Positions 49,262-59,100 of a DNA stretch of 64,000 nucleotides are shown one piece after another. Under the pieces are notes generated by a model, which was not told the DNA's origin, did not search any database, and saw nothing but the letters and a program-made list of their open reading frames with translations. Origin of the DNA: Bacteroidales bacterium (GTDB lineage: Bacteria; Bacteroidota; Bacteroidia; Bacteroidales; UBA932); the NCBI GenBank assembly GCA_017465225.1, contig JAFTWQ010000003.1:3104-67103 (forward strand), written 5' to 3'. Position numbers and translations under genes: made by a program. Numbering within the stretch: position 1 is the stretch's first letter; each line of letters opens with the position of its first letter.

Positions 49262-49444
49262 ATGGCAGAGAAATTTGACTATGTGAAGGCGGTGGAGGAA
49301 CTTGAAGCGATAGCCGCCAAGGTGGAAGACCCGAAGACGGGTGTGGATGATATAGACAGATATGTGAAGCGTTCCAGGGAATTGCTTGAGGCGTGCCGTG
49401 CGTACCTGCGCGGTGCCCGTGAAACCATAGAAGAAAACCAGTGA
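49262..49444 (+). CDS. xseB: Exodeoxyribonuclease VII small subunit
   Basis: FDYVKAVEELEAI...LLEACRAYL; follows xseA. Confidence 0.88.
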   Translation: MAEKFDYVKAVEELEAIAAKVEDPKTGVDDIDRYVKRSRELLEACRAYLRGARETIEENQ

Positions 49445-49459
49445 CTTTAAATTTTTGAT

Positions 49460-51472
49460 ATGAGTAAAAAGACAAAGATGATCTATGATTCGGACAAATG
49501 GCTGAAGCCGTACAAGGACGTCATAGACCGCAGACATGAGATGATTCTTGACCTTAAGGAGAGACTGTCGGTGGACGGTTCCCTCAGCAAGGGAATGAAC
49601 AACCATATGTATTATGGACTTCATCGTGATGACAAGGGCAACTGGATATTCCGCGAGTGGGCTCCTAATGCCACCAAGATATACATCATCGGCGAGTTCA
49701 ACAACTGGAAGCGTACCGAGGCGTATGCCCTCCGTCCTATCGGCGGGGGCAACTGGGAGATAGTGCTTCCGGGGATGTTCCTAGACCACGGCACTCTCTA
49801 CAAGCTGTACATCGAGTGGAAGGGAGGCGGAGCGGAGAGGCTTCCTGCATATGTGACAAGGACTGTTCAGGATCCGGTGACAAAGACTTTCTGTGCGCAG
49901 GTCTGGGATCCGTACAAGCCTTACGAGTGGCGTAACGCGAAGCCTGGCAAGCGTCCTCATCCGCTTATCTATGAGTGCCATATAGGTATGGCCGCGGAGG
50001 AGGAGAAGGTCGGCACATTCGAGGAGTTCCGTCTGAACGTGCTTCCTAAGGTCGCTGACCTGGGCTACGATACATTGCAGATCATGGCTCTCCAGGAGCA
50101 TCCTTATTATGGGTCATTCGGCTATCAGGTGGCGAATTTCTTTGCCCTCAGCTCCCGTTTCGGTACCCCGGAGGAGTTCAAGGCCCTCGTTGACGATGCG
50201 CATGGATACGGTATCGCCGTAGTGATGGATATCGTTCATTCCCATTCGGTTGACAATGAGGCTGAAGGCCTCGGCAATTTTGACGGAAAGGAGACTCTCT
50301 ATTTCTATGACGGCTGGCAGGGCCGCCATCCGGCATGGGGCTCGCGCTGCTTCGACTATGGAAAGGACGAGACGAAGTATTTCCTCCTCTCGAACTGCAA
50401 GTACTGGATGGAGGAATATCATATAGACGGATTCCGCTTTGACGGAGTGACCAGCATGCTTTACTGGGATCACGGCCTTGAGAAGGCTTTCGTGGGATAT
50501 GACAATTATTTCAACCAGGGTGTGGACGAGAATGCGGTCGCATATCTTGCGCTTGCGAACATCCTCATCCATGAGATGAATCCGGATGCATTCACGATTG
50601 CGGAGGATGTCAGCGGTATGGCCGGTCTTGCGGCGCCGCTCGAGAATGGAGGCGTGGGCTTCGACTTCCGCATGAGCATGGGTGTGGCAGACAACTGGAT
50701 CAAGTGGATCAAGGAACTTACCGATGATCAGTGGAGCATGGGTGAGATGTGGTGGCAGCTTACCAACAAGCGTGAGGATGAGAAGACCATCAGCTATGCC
50801 GAGTGCCATGACCAGGCGATGGTGGGAGACAAGACCATCGCGTTCCGTCTGATGGACGCCGAGATGTATACGTCCATGAACAAGGAGTCGCAGTCGCCTG
50901 TCGTAGACAGGGGAATGGCCCTTCACAAGATGATCCGTCTCGTGACCATGGCCACAAGCGGAAACGGATACCTTACATTCATGGGCAACGAGTTCGGTCA
51001 TCCGGAGTGGATCGACTTCCCACGTGAAGGAAACGGATGGTCGTACAAGCATGCCAGAAGGCAGTGGTCGCTTGCCGAGCCTGACTACCTGAGGTATAGA
51101 TATTTGAGAAATTTTGACAAGGCAATGATAGAATTGTCCAGAAAAGAATCCATTCTGGACGATAGACCAGAGCTTTTTGTACAGGATGAGCAGAAAAAGA
51201 TACTTATTTTCAAAAGAAAAAGTTGTATCTTTGCGCTCAATTTCAACCCCACCGCTTCATTTACGGATTACGGCTTCGCCGTTCCTGCCGGAAAATACGA
51301 GGTGGTACTCAATACGGACGAAAACGAATTTGACGGCTTCTCCAGGATCAGGACTGGGGAGGTGCATTTTAGTGTACCGGTCCGTAGCGAGAACGGAAAC
51401 GGCAGATATGACGAGACTCTTTATCTCTACCTGCCTTCGCGCTGCGCCGTTGTGCTGAAGAAAATTGACTGA
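49460..51472 (+). CDS. glgB: 1,4-alpha-glucan branching enzyme (GH13)
   Basis: FREWAPNA, YECHIGM, DIVHSH, GFRFDGVTSMLY, AEDVSG, ECHDQ, FMGNEFGHPEW. Confidence 0.93.
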   Translation: MSKKTKMIYDSDKWLKPYKDVIDRRHEMILDLKERLSVDGSLSKGMNNHMYYGLHRDDKGNWIFREWAPNATKIYIIGEFNNWKRTEAYALRPIGGGNWEIVLPGMFLDHGTLYKLYIEWKGGGAERLPAYVTRTVQDPVTKTFCAQVWDPYKPYEWRNAKPGKRPHPLIYECHIGMAAEEEKVGTFEEFRLNVLPKVADLGYDTLQIMALQEHPYYGSFGYQVANFFALSSRFGTPEEFKALVDDAHGYGIAVVMDIVHSHSVDNEAEGLGNFDGKETLYFYDGWQGRHPAWGSRCFDYGKDETKYFLLSNCKYWMEEYHIDGFRFDGVTSMLYWDHGLEKAFVGYDNYFNQGVDENAVAYLALANILIHEMNPDAFTIAEDVSGMAGLAAPLENGGVGFDFRMSMGVADNWIKWIKELTDDQWSMGEMWWQLTNKREDEKTISYAECHDQAMVGDKTIAFRLMDAEMYTSMNKESQSPVVDRGMALHKMIRLVTMATSGNGYLTFMGNEFGHPEWIDFPREGNGWSYKHARRQWSLAEPDYLRYRYLRNFDKAMIELSRKESILDDRPELFVQDEQKKILIFKRKSCIFALNFNPTASFTDYGFAVPAGKYEVVLNTDENEFDGFSRIRTGEVHFSVPVRSENGNGRYDETLYLYLPSRCAVVLKKID

Positions 51473-51498
51473 CAATAACTTTAATGATATAAAAAAGT

Positions 51499-53439
51499 AT
51501 GGCTTTTCTTAAATTCAACAAGTCCGAGCTTGTAAACCTGGAGTATTCGCTCAAGCGTGAGATCATCGCTGCGAATGAGTCAGGTGCGTACTGCAACACG
51601 TCTATCGTGACCTGCAATACGAGGCGCTATCACGGACTGCTCGCCGTCCCTGTAGACGAGCTGGGTGGCGGAAAGTATATGCTGCTTTCCGCTCTCGATG
51701 AGAGCATCGTTCTCGGCGGCAAACAGTTCAACCTGGGCATTCACTGCTATGGTGACACCTATGAACCAAGAGGTCATAAGTACATCATCGACTTTGATGC
51801 GGACCCTGTTCCGGTAGTGACCTACAAGGTTGGTGGAATCTATTTCACCAAGACCATCATGATGGTTCCTGACAACGATCAGGTCCTCATCAAGTACGAA
51901 CTTCTTGAAGCTCCGTCGAAGGTTTCACTTCAGCTGAAGCCTTTCCTCGCCTTCAGAAGCATCCACAGCCTTACCAGTCAGAATTCTGAAGCTTACACAG
52001 CTTATGATGAAGTGGACGGCGGTGTGGCATTCTGCCTTTACGGCGGTTTCCCTGCACTCAACCTCCAGACTTCTGCAAAGGCTGCATTCAAGTATCAGCC
52101 ATACTGGTATAACGGAGTGACATATTCAGACGAGTACCGCCGCGGATTCGACTGCCGCGAGGATCTCTTCGTTCCGGGCACCTTCTCTCTCGAGCTCAAG
52201 CCGGGCGAGTCAGTGGTGTTCTCAGCATCAGTGAATGAGGTGAATCCTAGAGGCCTCAAGAGAAAGTTCACGGATGTCCTCAAGAAGTCAGACCCTATCG
52301 AGACATATCACGACCTTCTCGTGCACAATGCGCAAATGTTCAAGTGCCATAAAGGTGACAGAGCCCAGATCAATGCCGGCTTCTCATGGCTTGAGACAGG
52401 CCTTCTCCGCGAGACGATCGTTTCACTTCCTGGTCTGACCATCTTCGCAAACGGCGACTGCGACGAGTTCGAGAAGATCCTCGACACCCTCATCGCAGAC
52501 GAGCAGGAGCGTCTCTTCCGCAGGACGACCCAGTGCGAGGCTCCTCTCCGACTTACCGAGACACTCCAGCAGTACATCCGTTTCAGCGGCAAGGAAAAGC
52601 ATGTGTGGAAGAAGTACGGCGAGACCCTCAAGGGTATCATCGAAAGCTACGCGCCAGGCCGCAGAAAGGAGATAGCGATGCATCCGAACGGCCTTCTCTG
52701 GGCCCAGATGGACGGCGTGGCTCTCTCATGGATGAACGCATATGTATATGGACGTCCTGTTACAGAAAGAGCGGGCTATCAGATCGAGACAAACGCATTC
52801 TGGTACAACGCCCTCTGCTTCGCTATCGACATGGAGAACAAGTACGGTCCTCGCAAGAGCGAGTTCGTTGACCGCTGGACTCCGGTCCGTGACCTCGTGA
52901 AGCAGAATTTCCAGCCTACATTCTGGAGAGAGGAGTGGGGCTACCTTGTAGATTACGTAGGAAACGAGCCTGTAGGCCAGGCCGTAAGACCTAATATCCT
53001 TTTCCCTATCTATCTCGAGTACTGTCCTGTAGACGACGAGATCGTATCGGAGGTTGTGATGACAATCAACGACGAGCTCGTTACCAAGAGAGGACTCAGG
53101 TCGCTTTCACCTAGAAACGAGGCTTACAGGGGTGTGTACGAGGGCTCGCAGATCGACCGCGACCTCGCATACCACCAGGGCTGCGCATTCCCTGCGCTCC
53201 TCGCACCGTACATCGACCTCTGCTTCAGGATGATGGGCGAGGCCTTCTACGGAAGAGCAAAGTATCTCGTCGAGGGATTCTTCGAGGATATCAGCAAGCA
53301 TGGTGTGGGCTCATTCTCCGAGCTTTACGACGGAGACCCTCCACACGAGCCGCATGGAGCGATCGCTTCAGCTATGAGTACAGCCGCTCTCCTGCGCATT
53401 GAATATATTATGAACCAGTATAAGAAGGAGGCTAGATAA
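51499..53439 (+). CDS. Glycogen debranching enzyme (amylo-alpha-1,6-glucosidase, GH133-like)
   Basis: CNTRRYHGLL, VRPN, GLRSLSP, AYHQG, ELYDGDPPH. Confidence 0.88.
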   Translation: MAFLKFNKSELVNLEYSLKREIIAANESGAYCNTSIVTCNTRRYHGLLAVPVDELGGGKYMLLSALDESIVLGGKQFNLGIHCYGDTYEPRGHKYIIDFDADPVPVVTYKVGGIYFTKTIMMVPDNDQVLIKYELLEAPSKVSLQLKPFLAFRSIHSLTSQNSEAYTAYDEVDGGVAFCLYGGFPALNLQTSAKAAFKYQPYWYNGVTYSDEYRRGFDCREDLFVPGTFSLELKPGESVVFSASVNEVNPRGLKRKFTDVLKKSDPIETYHDLLVHNAQMFKCHKGDRAQINAGFSWLETGLLRETIVSLPGLTIFANGDCDEFEKILDTLIADEQERLFRRTTQCEAPLRLTETLQQYIRFSGKEKHVWKKYGETLKGIIESYAPGRRKEIAMHPNGLLWAQMDGVALSWMNAYVYGRPVTERAGYQIETNAFWYNALCFAIDMENKYGPRKSEFVDRWTPVRDLVKQNFQPTFWREEWGYLVDYVGNEPVGQAVRPNILFPIYLEYCPVDDEIVSEVVMTINDELVTKRGLRSLSPRNEAYRGVYEGSQIDRDLAYHQGCAFPALLAPYIDLCFRMMGEAFYGRAKYLVEGFFEDISKHGVGSFSELYDGDPPHEPHGAIASAMSTAALLRIEYIMNQYKKEAR

Positions 53440-54734
53440 TGAGAGTTCTGATGTTCGGATGGGAGTTCCCTCCTCATATCGCAGGAGGTCTCGGAACAGC
53501 ATGTTACGGAATGACCAAGGGTCTTGCGTATAACGATGTGGATGTACTTTTCGTGATGCCTTCAGCTTCAGGAGATGAAGATGAAAGCGCAGTGAAGATC
53601 ATCAACGCCAGCGATGTCGCTATCGACACCGTGAGCGCTACGGTGGATGAATTCCTCGGAAAGGTGCAGTTCGTGCATATCGGTACCAACATGGTGCCTT
53701 ATGTCGATCCTCAGGACTTTACGAAGATGGTCGAGGAAGAGCGCAAGCGCCAGATCAAGGGCTTCCGCGTACAGTACGGCCAGAAGTACAAGTTCTCCGG
53801 AAAGTACGGTGCAAACCTCATGGAGGAGGTTGCGCGCTATGCAATGGTCGGCGCGACCATTGCGATGCAGTACAAGGACCAGTTCGATGTGATCCATGCA
53901 CATGACTGGCTCACATATCTTGCAGGTATCGCTGCAAAGCAGCTTACAGGCAAGCCTCTCGTAGTTCACATGCACGCCACATCATATGACCGTGCAAGCG
54001 ACGACCAGGTGGATACTCGCGTGGTTGACCTTGAGACAAAGGGTATGATGGCTGCCGACAAGGTGATGGCCGTGAGTGAACTTACAAGAAATATCTGTAT
54101 CAATCGTTACGGTATCGATCCTGATAAGGTTGTCGCTGTCCACAATGCTGTAGACTTCAGCGGACGCGAGAAGCTCGAGGTCGAGAGGAACGTGAAGGAG
54201 AAGGTTGTGACCTTCCTCGGCCGCGTTACCTATCAGAAGGGCCCTGAGTACTTCATCGAGGCGGCTGCCAAGGTTCTCAAGAGATGCAACAACGTACGTT
54301 TCGTGATGGCAGGTAGCGGTGACATGCTCAACAGATGTATCCGCCACGTCGCACGTCTCGGCATCTCGGACAAGTTCCATTTCACAGGATTCCTTCGCGG
54401 AAAGGAGGTTCACAAGATGTTCGCCCTGTCGGATGTCTATGTGATGCCGTCTATTTCGGAGCCGTTCGGAATCTCGCCTCTCGAGGCAATGCAGACCAAT
54501 GTGCCTTCGATCATTTCAAAGCAGTCAGGCTGTGCCGAGATCCTCAAGTACGCCCTCAAGGTGGACTTCTGGGATGTGGACGCAATGTCTGACGCGATCT
54601 ACGGTCTTCTCCAGTATCCTGCGATCGCGCAGCTCGCTGCACGTTGCGGATATGACGAGGTGAACAGCATCAAGTGGAACGATGTTGCCGCAAAGATCAA
54701 GGGAATTTATCAGGAAGTAATTGACAAGAAATAA
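53439..54734 (+). CDS. Glycosyltransferase family 4 (glycogen-associated)
   Basis: GWEFPPHIAGGLG, HAHDW, QKGP, EPFGISPLEA. Confidence 0.9.
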   Translation: MRVLMFGWEFPPHIAGGLGTACYGMTKGLAYNDVDVLFVMPSASGDEDESAVKIINASDVAIDTVSATVDEFLGKVQFVHIGTNMVPYVDPQDFTKMVEEERKRQIKGFRVQYGQKYKFSGKYGANLMEEVARYAMVGATIAMQYKDQFDVIHAHDWLTYLAGIAAKQLTGKPLVVHMHATSYDRASDDQVDTRVVDLETKGMMAADKVMAVSELTRNICINRYGIDPDKVVAVHNAVDFSGREKLEVERNVKEKVVTFLGRVTYQKGPEYFIEAAAKVLKRCNNVRFVMAGSGDMLNRCIRHVARLGISDKFHFTGFLRGKEVHKMFALSDVYVMPSISEPFGISPLEAMQTNVPSIISKQSGCAEILKYALKVDFWDVDAMSDAIYGLLQYPAIAQLAARCGYDEVNSIKWNDVAAKIKGIYQEVIDKK

Positions 54735-54750
54735 ATAAAACGACATAATC

Positions 54751-56094
54751 ATGAAAAAGAGTATTTGTCTGTATTTTCAGGTACATCAGCCAAACAGATT
54801 GAGACTATACAGATTCTTCGACATCGGAAAGGATTCGCATTACTATGACGATTTCGCAAACAGAACCATCCTCCGCAGGGTAGCCCAGAAGTGCTATCTT
54901 CCTATGAACGCACTCCTTCTCGAGCTCATCGAGGCTAACAAGGGAGCATTCAAGGTGGCATTCTCTATCTCGGGTTCGGTTCTCGAGCAGTTCGACAGAT
55001 ATGCTCCAGAGGTTATCGAGAGCTTCCGCAAGCTCGCCCAGACAGGCAGCGTGGAGTTCCTTTCAGAGACTTATTATCACTCTCTCGCATCTCTTGCATC
55101 TCCAATCGAGTTCAAGAACCAGGTTCTGAAGCACAAGGCAGCCATCGAGCACTATTTCGGTGTCACTCCGAAGGCTTTCCGCAACACAGAGCTCATCTAC
55201 TCTGATGCAATCGGCGAGATGGTATATGACATGGGCTTCAAGACAATGCTTACTGAAGGCGCAAGACACGTCCTCGGATGGAAGAGCCCTAACTTCATCT
55301 ATACATGCGCACAGGCTCCTAGCCTCAAGCTCCTTCTCAAGAACTCAAGCCTCAGCGACGATATCGCATTCCGTTTCTCTGACAGAGGATGGTCTGACTG
55401 GCCGCTTACAGGCGAGAAGTATCTCTCATGGATCAAGGCTGCTGCACAGAACGACGAGATCGTCAACCTCTTCATGGACTATGAGACATTCGGCGAGCAC
55501 CAGAAGGCTGCAAGCGGAATCTTCGACTTCATGAGAGCTCTTCCGGAGATCGTGATCAAGGACGGCGAGTTCGAGTTCGTTACTCCTACCCAGGCTGCGA
55601 AGAAGCATCGTCCTGTAGGTGATCTTGACGTTATGGATCCTATCTCATGGGCAGACGAGGAGCGTGACGTGACAGCATGGCTTGGAAACGAGCTTCAGAA
55701 CGATGCTTTCAACAAGCTCAACGACCAGGCAGAGAAGCTCGCCCTTCTCAATGACGAGGCACTTTGGTCAGATTTCGGCCACCTCCAGGAGAGCGACCAC
55801 TTCTATTATATGTGTACAAAGTTCTTCTCTGACGGAGCAGTTCACAAATATTTCAACCCGTATGATACTCCATATGAGGCGTTTATCAACTATATGAACG
55901 TTTTAAGTGATTTTATTTTGCGAGTTGATGATGCAATTTCCGTTTCAGATGTTAACTTTGCACCCGCAAAAGTAAAGGCACCGGCAAAGAAGACAGCAAA
56001 GAAGACAGCAAAGAAGGCTGCTCCAAAGGCTGCTGCAAAGAAGGCGGAGCCAAAGGCAAAGAAGCCGGCTGCAAAGAAGACTGCAAAGAAATAG
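54751..56094 (+). CDS. GH57 family alpha-amylase with a Lys/Ala-rich tail
   Basis: FQVHQP, ETYYH, RNTEL, SDDIAFRF, DYETFGEH, SWAD, SDHFYY. Confidence 0.93.
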   Translation: MKKSICLYFQVHQPNRLRLYRFFDIGKDSHYYDDFANRTILRRVAQKCYLPMNALLLELIEANKGAFKVAFSISGSVLEQFDRYAPEVIESFRKLAQTGSVEFLSETYYHSLASLASPIEFKNQVLKHKAAIEHYFGVTPKAFRNTELIYSDAIGEMVYDMGFKTMLTEGARHVLGWKSPNFIYTCAQAPSLKLLLKNSSLSDDIAFRFSDRGWSDWPLTGEKYLSWIKAAAQNDEIVNLFMDYETFGEHQKAASGIFDFMRALPEIVIKDGEFEFVTPTQAAKKHRPVGDLDVMDPISWADEERDVTAWLGNELQNDAFNKLNDQAEKLALLNDEALWSDFGHLQESDHFYYMCTKFFSDGAVHKYFNPYDTPYEAFINYMNVLSDFILRVDDAISVSDVNFAPAKVKAPAKKTAKKTAKKAAPKAAAKKAEPKAKKPAAKKTAKK

Positions 56095-56096
56095 CG

Positions 56097-56173
56097 GCTG
56101 ACCAAGGTCAGCGGGGTTTACCCGGAAACTATATACCCCCGGACGGAATCTGATAAGGATCCCGGCCGGGGTA
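56097..56173 (+). terminator. Hairpins between the GH57 gene and glgP (termination or mRNA stabilisation)
   Basis: gctgacc-aa-ggtcagc and an imperfect GC stem at 56134-56173; no clear U tract. Confidence 0.35.
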
Positions 56174-56196
56174 AATAAATAATTTATTTATACATA

Positions 56197-59100
56197 ATGA
56201 AAACAGAACTTATCAAGCCTGATTATCTGTTTGAAGTTAGTTGGGAAGTGTGTAACAAGGTCGGCGGCATCTATACGGTGATCGCCACCAAGTCCCTTTA
56301 TCTGAAGAGCGAGTACAAGAGACACCACATCATGGTAGGACCGGATGTGTGGATGGATACAGAAAGCAATCCCGATTTCATCGAGGATCCTGCACTGTAC
56401 AGGGCATGGAAGGCCCAGGCTGCTTCAGAGGGTCTGAGAGTTCGTGTCGGACGCTGGAACGTTCCAGGCAAGCCGACAGCTATCCTCGTGGATTTCAAGC
56501 AGTTCCTTACAAAGCAGAATGAGATCCTTACCGATTTCTGGAAGAAGTTCGGTGTGGATTCGCTTACAGGAAACTGGGATTACCGCGAGTCAGCCCTTTT
56601 CGGATACGCTGCCGGAAGGGTGATAGAGAGTTTCTATAAGTTCAATCTTGAGTCATCTGACAAGGTCGTGGCACAGTTCCATGAGTGGATGACCGGAACC
56701 GGACTTCTCTATCTCAAGTCAGCGAATGTTCCGATCGCTACGGTATTCACTACCCATGCGACTGTGATCGGAAGATGCATCGCAGGTAACAACCTGCCTC
56801 TCTATGACGGCATTCTCAATTACAATGCAGACGAGAAGGCTCGTCAATTCAATGTTGTCGCAAGACATTCTCTCGAGAAGAAGGCTGCCCAGAACAGCGA
56901 CATCTTCACGACAGTGAGCGACATCACAGCCCAGGAATGCAGACAGTTCCTAGGCAGACCGGTAGATGTAGTGACCCCTAACGGATTCGAGCCTAGCTTT
57001 ACCCCTGCTACAGACGAAGAGTATGAAGCTCTCAGGGAAAGAGCCAGGAAGAAGCTTGTTACCGTGGCTTCGGCCATGTGTGGAGAAGAGGTGGCTGACA
57101 ATGCCATCCTCGTGGGAATCGGCGGAAGATATGAGTGGAAGAACAAGGGTATCGATGTGTTCATCGACGCTCTCGACAAGCTCAACCGTACCGACTTCAA
57201 GGGCAAGAGCGTGCATGCGTTCATCATGATCCCTTCAGGACATAACGGACCTGACAAGCAGCTCCTTGCAAAACTCGCCGGAAACGGCTCGACATATGTC
57301 ACCAGGACATCCCACTATCTGATGAATCCTGAATATGACAATGTCACAAGGCGTCTGAATGACCTCCAGCTCAACAATGCCGCAGGAGACAAGGTGAAGG
57401 TATATTTCATCCCTTCATACCTCAACGGCAATGACGGAGTCTTCAATATGCCTTACTATGATCTCCTTTCGGGTCTCGACCTTACATTGTTCCCGTCATA
57501 TTACGAACCATGGGGATACACTCCGCTCGAGAGTCTTGCGTTCAGGGTCCCTACCCTTACCACCACTCTTGCCGGATTCGGTCTCTGGGTACGTACATAT
57601 TACGGAAAGAAGCACCCTGGCATAACAGTTCTCGACAGAAACGACTCGAACTATTTCGAGGTCGTGGACGGCGTTGCGGCACGTGTTATGGAGATTGCCG
57701 GTCTGCGTAAGGATTCGCGTAAGAAATATATGCAGAACGCGAAGGAGGTTTCAGAGATAGCCCTCTGGGAAAACAACATAGTATATTATAAGGAAGCTTA
57801 TTCAAAAGCTTTGGAGAAACTAATATCAGCTGGCGGAGTGTATCCGTCGACAAGGAATGAAAAGAACATGGAATATAGAAAATTTGAAGTAAATCAGCCG
57901 ACCTGGAACAGTGTGATCGTGACACGTCACCTTCCAGAGTCACTTAAAGACCTCGAAATACTTTCCAAGAACCTTTGGTGGTGCTGGAACGAATCAGCAA
58001 AGAACCTCTTTGCATCTATCGACCCTCAGGCATGGGAGGCTTCAGGACAGAACCCTATCGCAATGCTTGACAAGGTAAGCCTCAAGAGATATCAGAAGCT
58101 CGAGAAGGACAACAAGTTCCTCTCTGACCTCAAGACTGTGATGGAGGAGTTCAACGAGTACATGGCCCTCAAGGCGGAGCGTACAACCCCTTCTGTAGCA
58201 TACTTCTGCATGGAGTACGGTCTTGACACATCTCTCAAGATCTATTCAGGCGGTCTCGGTATCCTTGCCGGTGACTATATCAAGGAGACTTCAGACATGA
58301 ACACCAACCTCGTGGCAGTAGGTCTTCTCTACCGTTTCGGATATTTCAACCAGAAGCTCACAGCTCATGGCGAGCAGGTGGCTGAGGACGTTGCACAGGA
58401 CTTCAACAAGATCCCTGCAACTCCTGTACGTGACGAGAACGGAAACTGGGTGACCATCAGCGTCGCATTCCCTGGCCGTAACCTCAATGCACGTCTCTGG
58501 AGAGTTGACGTAGGCCGTACAGAGCTCTACCTCCTCGATACAGATATTCCTGAAAACCTTCCGGAGGACAGGTCAATCACATACAACCTCTACGGTGGTG
58601 ACTGGGAGAACCGTCTCAAGCAGGAGCTCCTCCTCGGCGTCGGCGGTATCCGTGCCCTCCGTCAGCTCGGTATCAACCCTCAGGTTTACCACTGCAACGA
58701 GGGACACGCAGCATTCATCGGTCTCGAGCGTCTCCGCGAGCTCATCGCAGAGGATAACCTCGAGTTCCAGGAGGCTCTCGAAGTTGTAAGGGCTTCATCA
58801 CTCTTCACAACCCATACTCCGGTACCTGCAGGACACGACGCATTCGACGAAGGTCTTCTCCGCAAGTACATCGGCCACTATCCGCAGCGTCTCAAGATCG
58901 ACTGGGAGACTATGATGGGACTTGGAAAGAACAATGGCGCAGACGTAAACGAGAAGTTCTCGATGTCTATCCTCGCAGCAAACATCTCACAGGGCGTGAA
59001 CGGCGTTTCATGGCTCCACGGCGAGGTGAGCAAGGATATCCTCGGACACATGTGGCCGGGTTATCTCCCAGAGGAGCTTCATGTAAGCTACGTGACAAAC

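Noticed and set aside
1952-51052. Long antisense ORFs such as 1952-2887, 48190-49203 and 50114-51052
   Set aside because: They lie opposite well-conserved genes and are expected from codon bias; no recognisable motifs.
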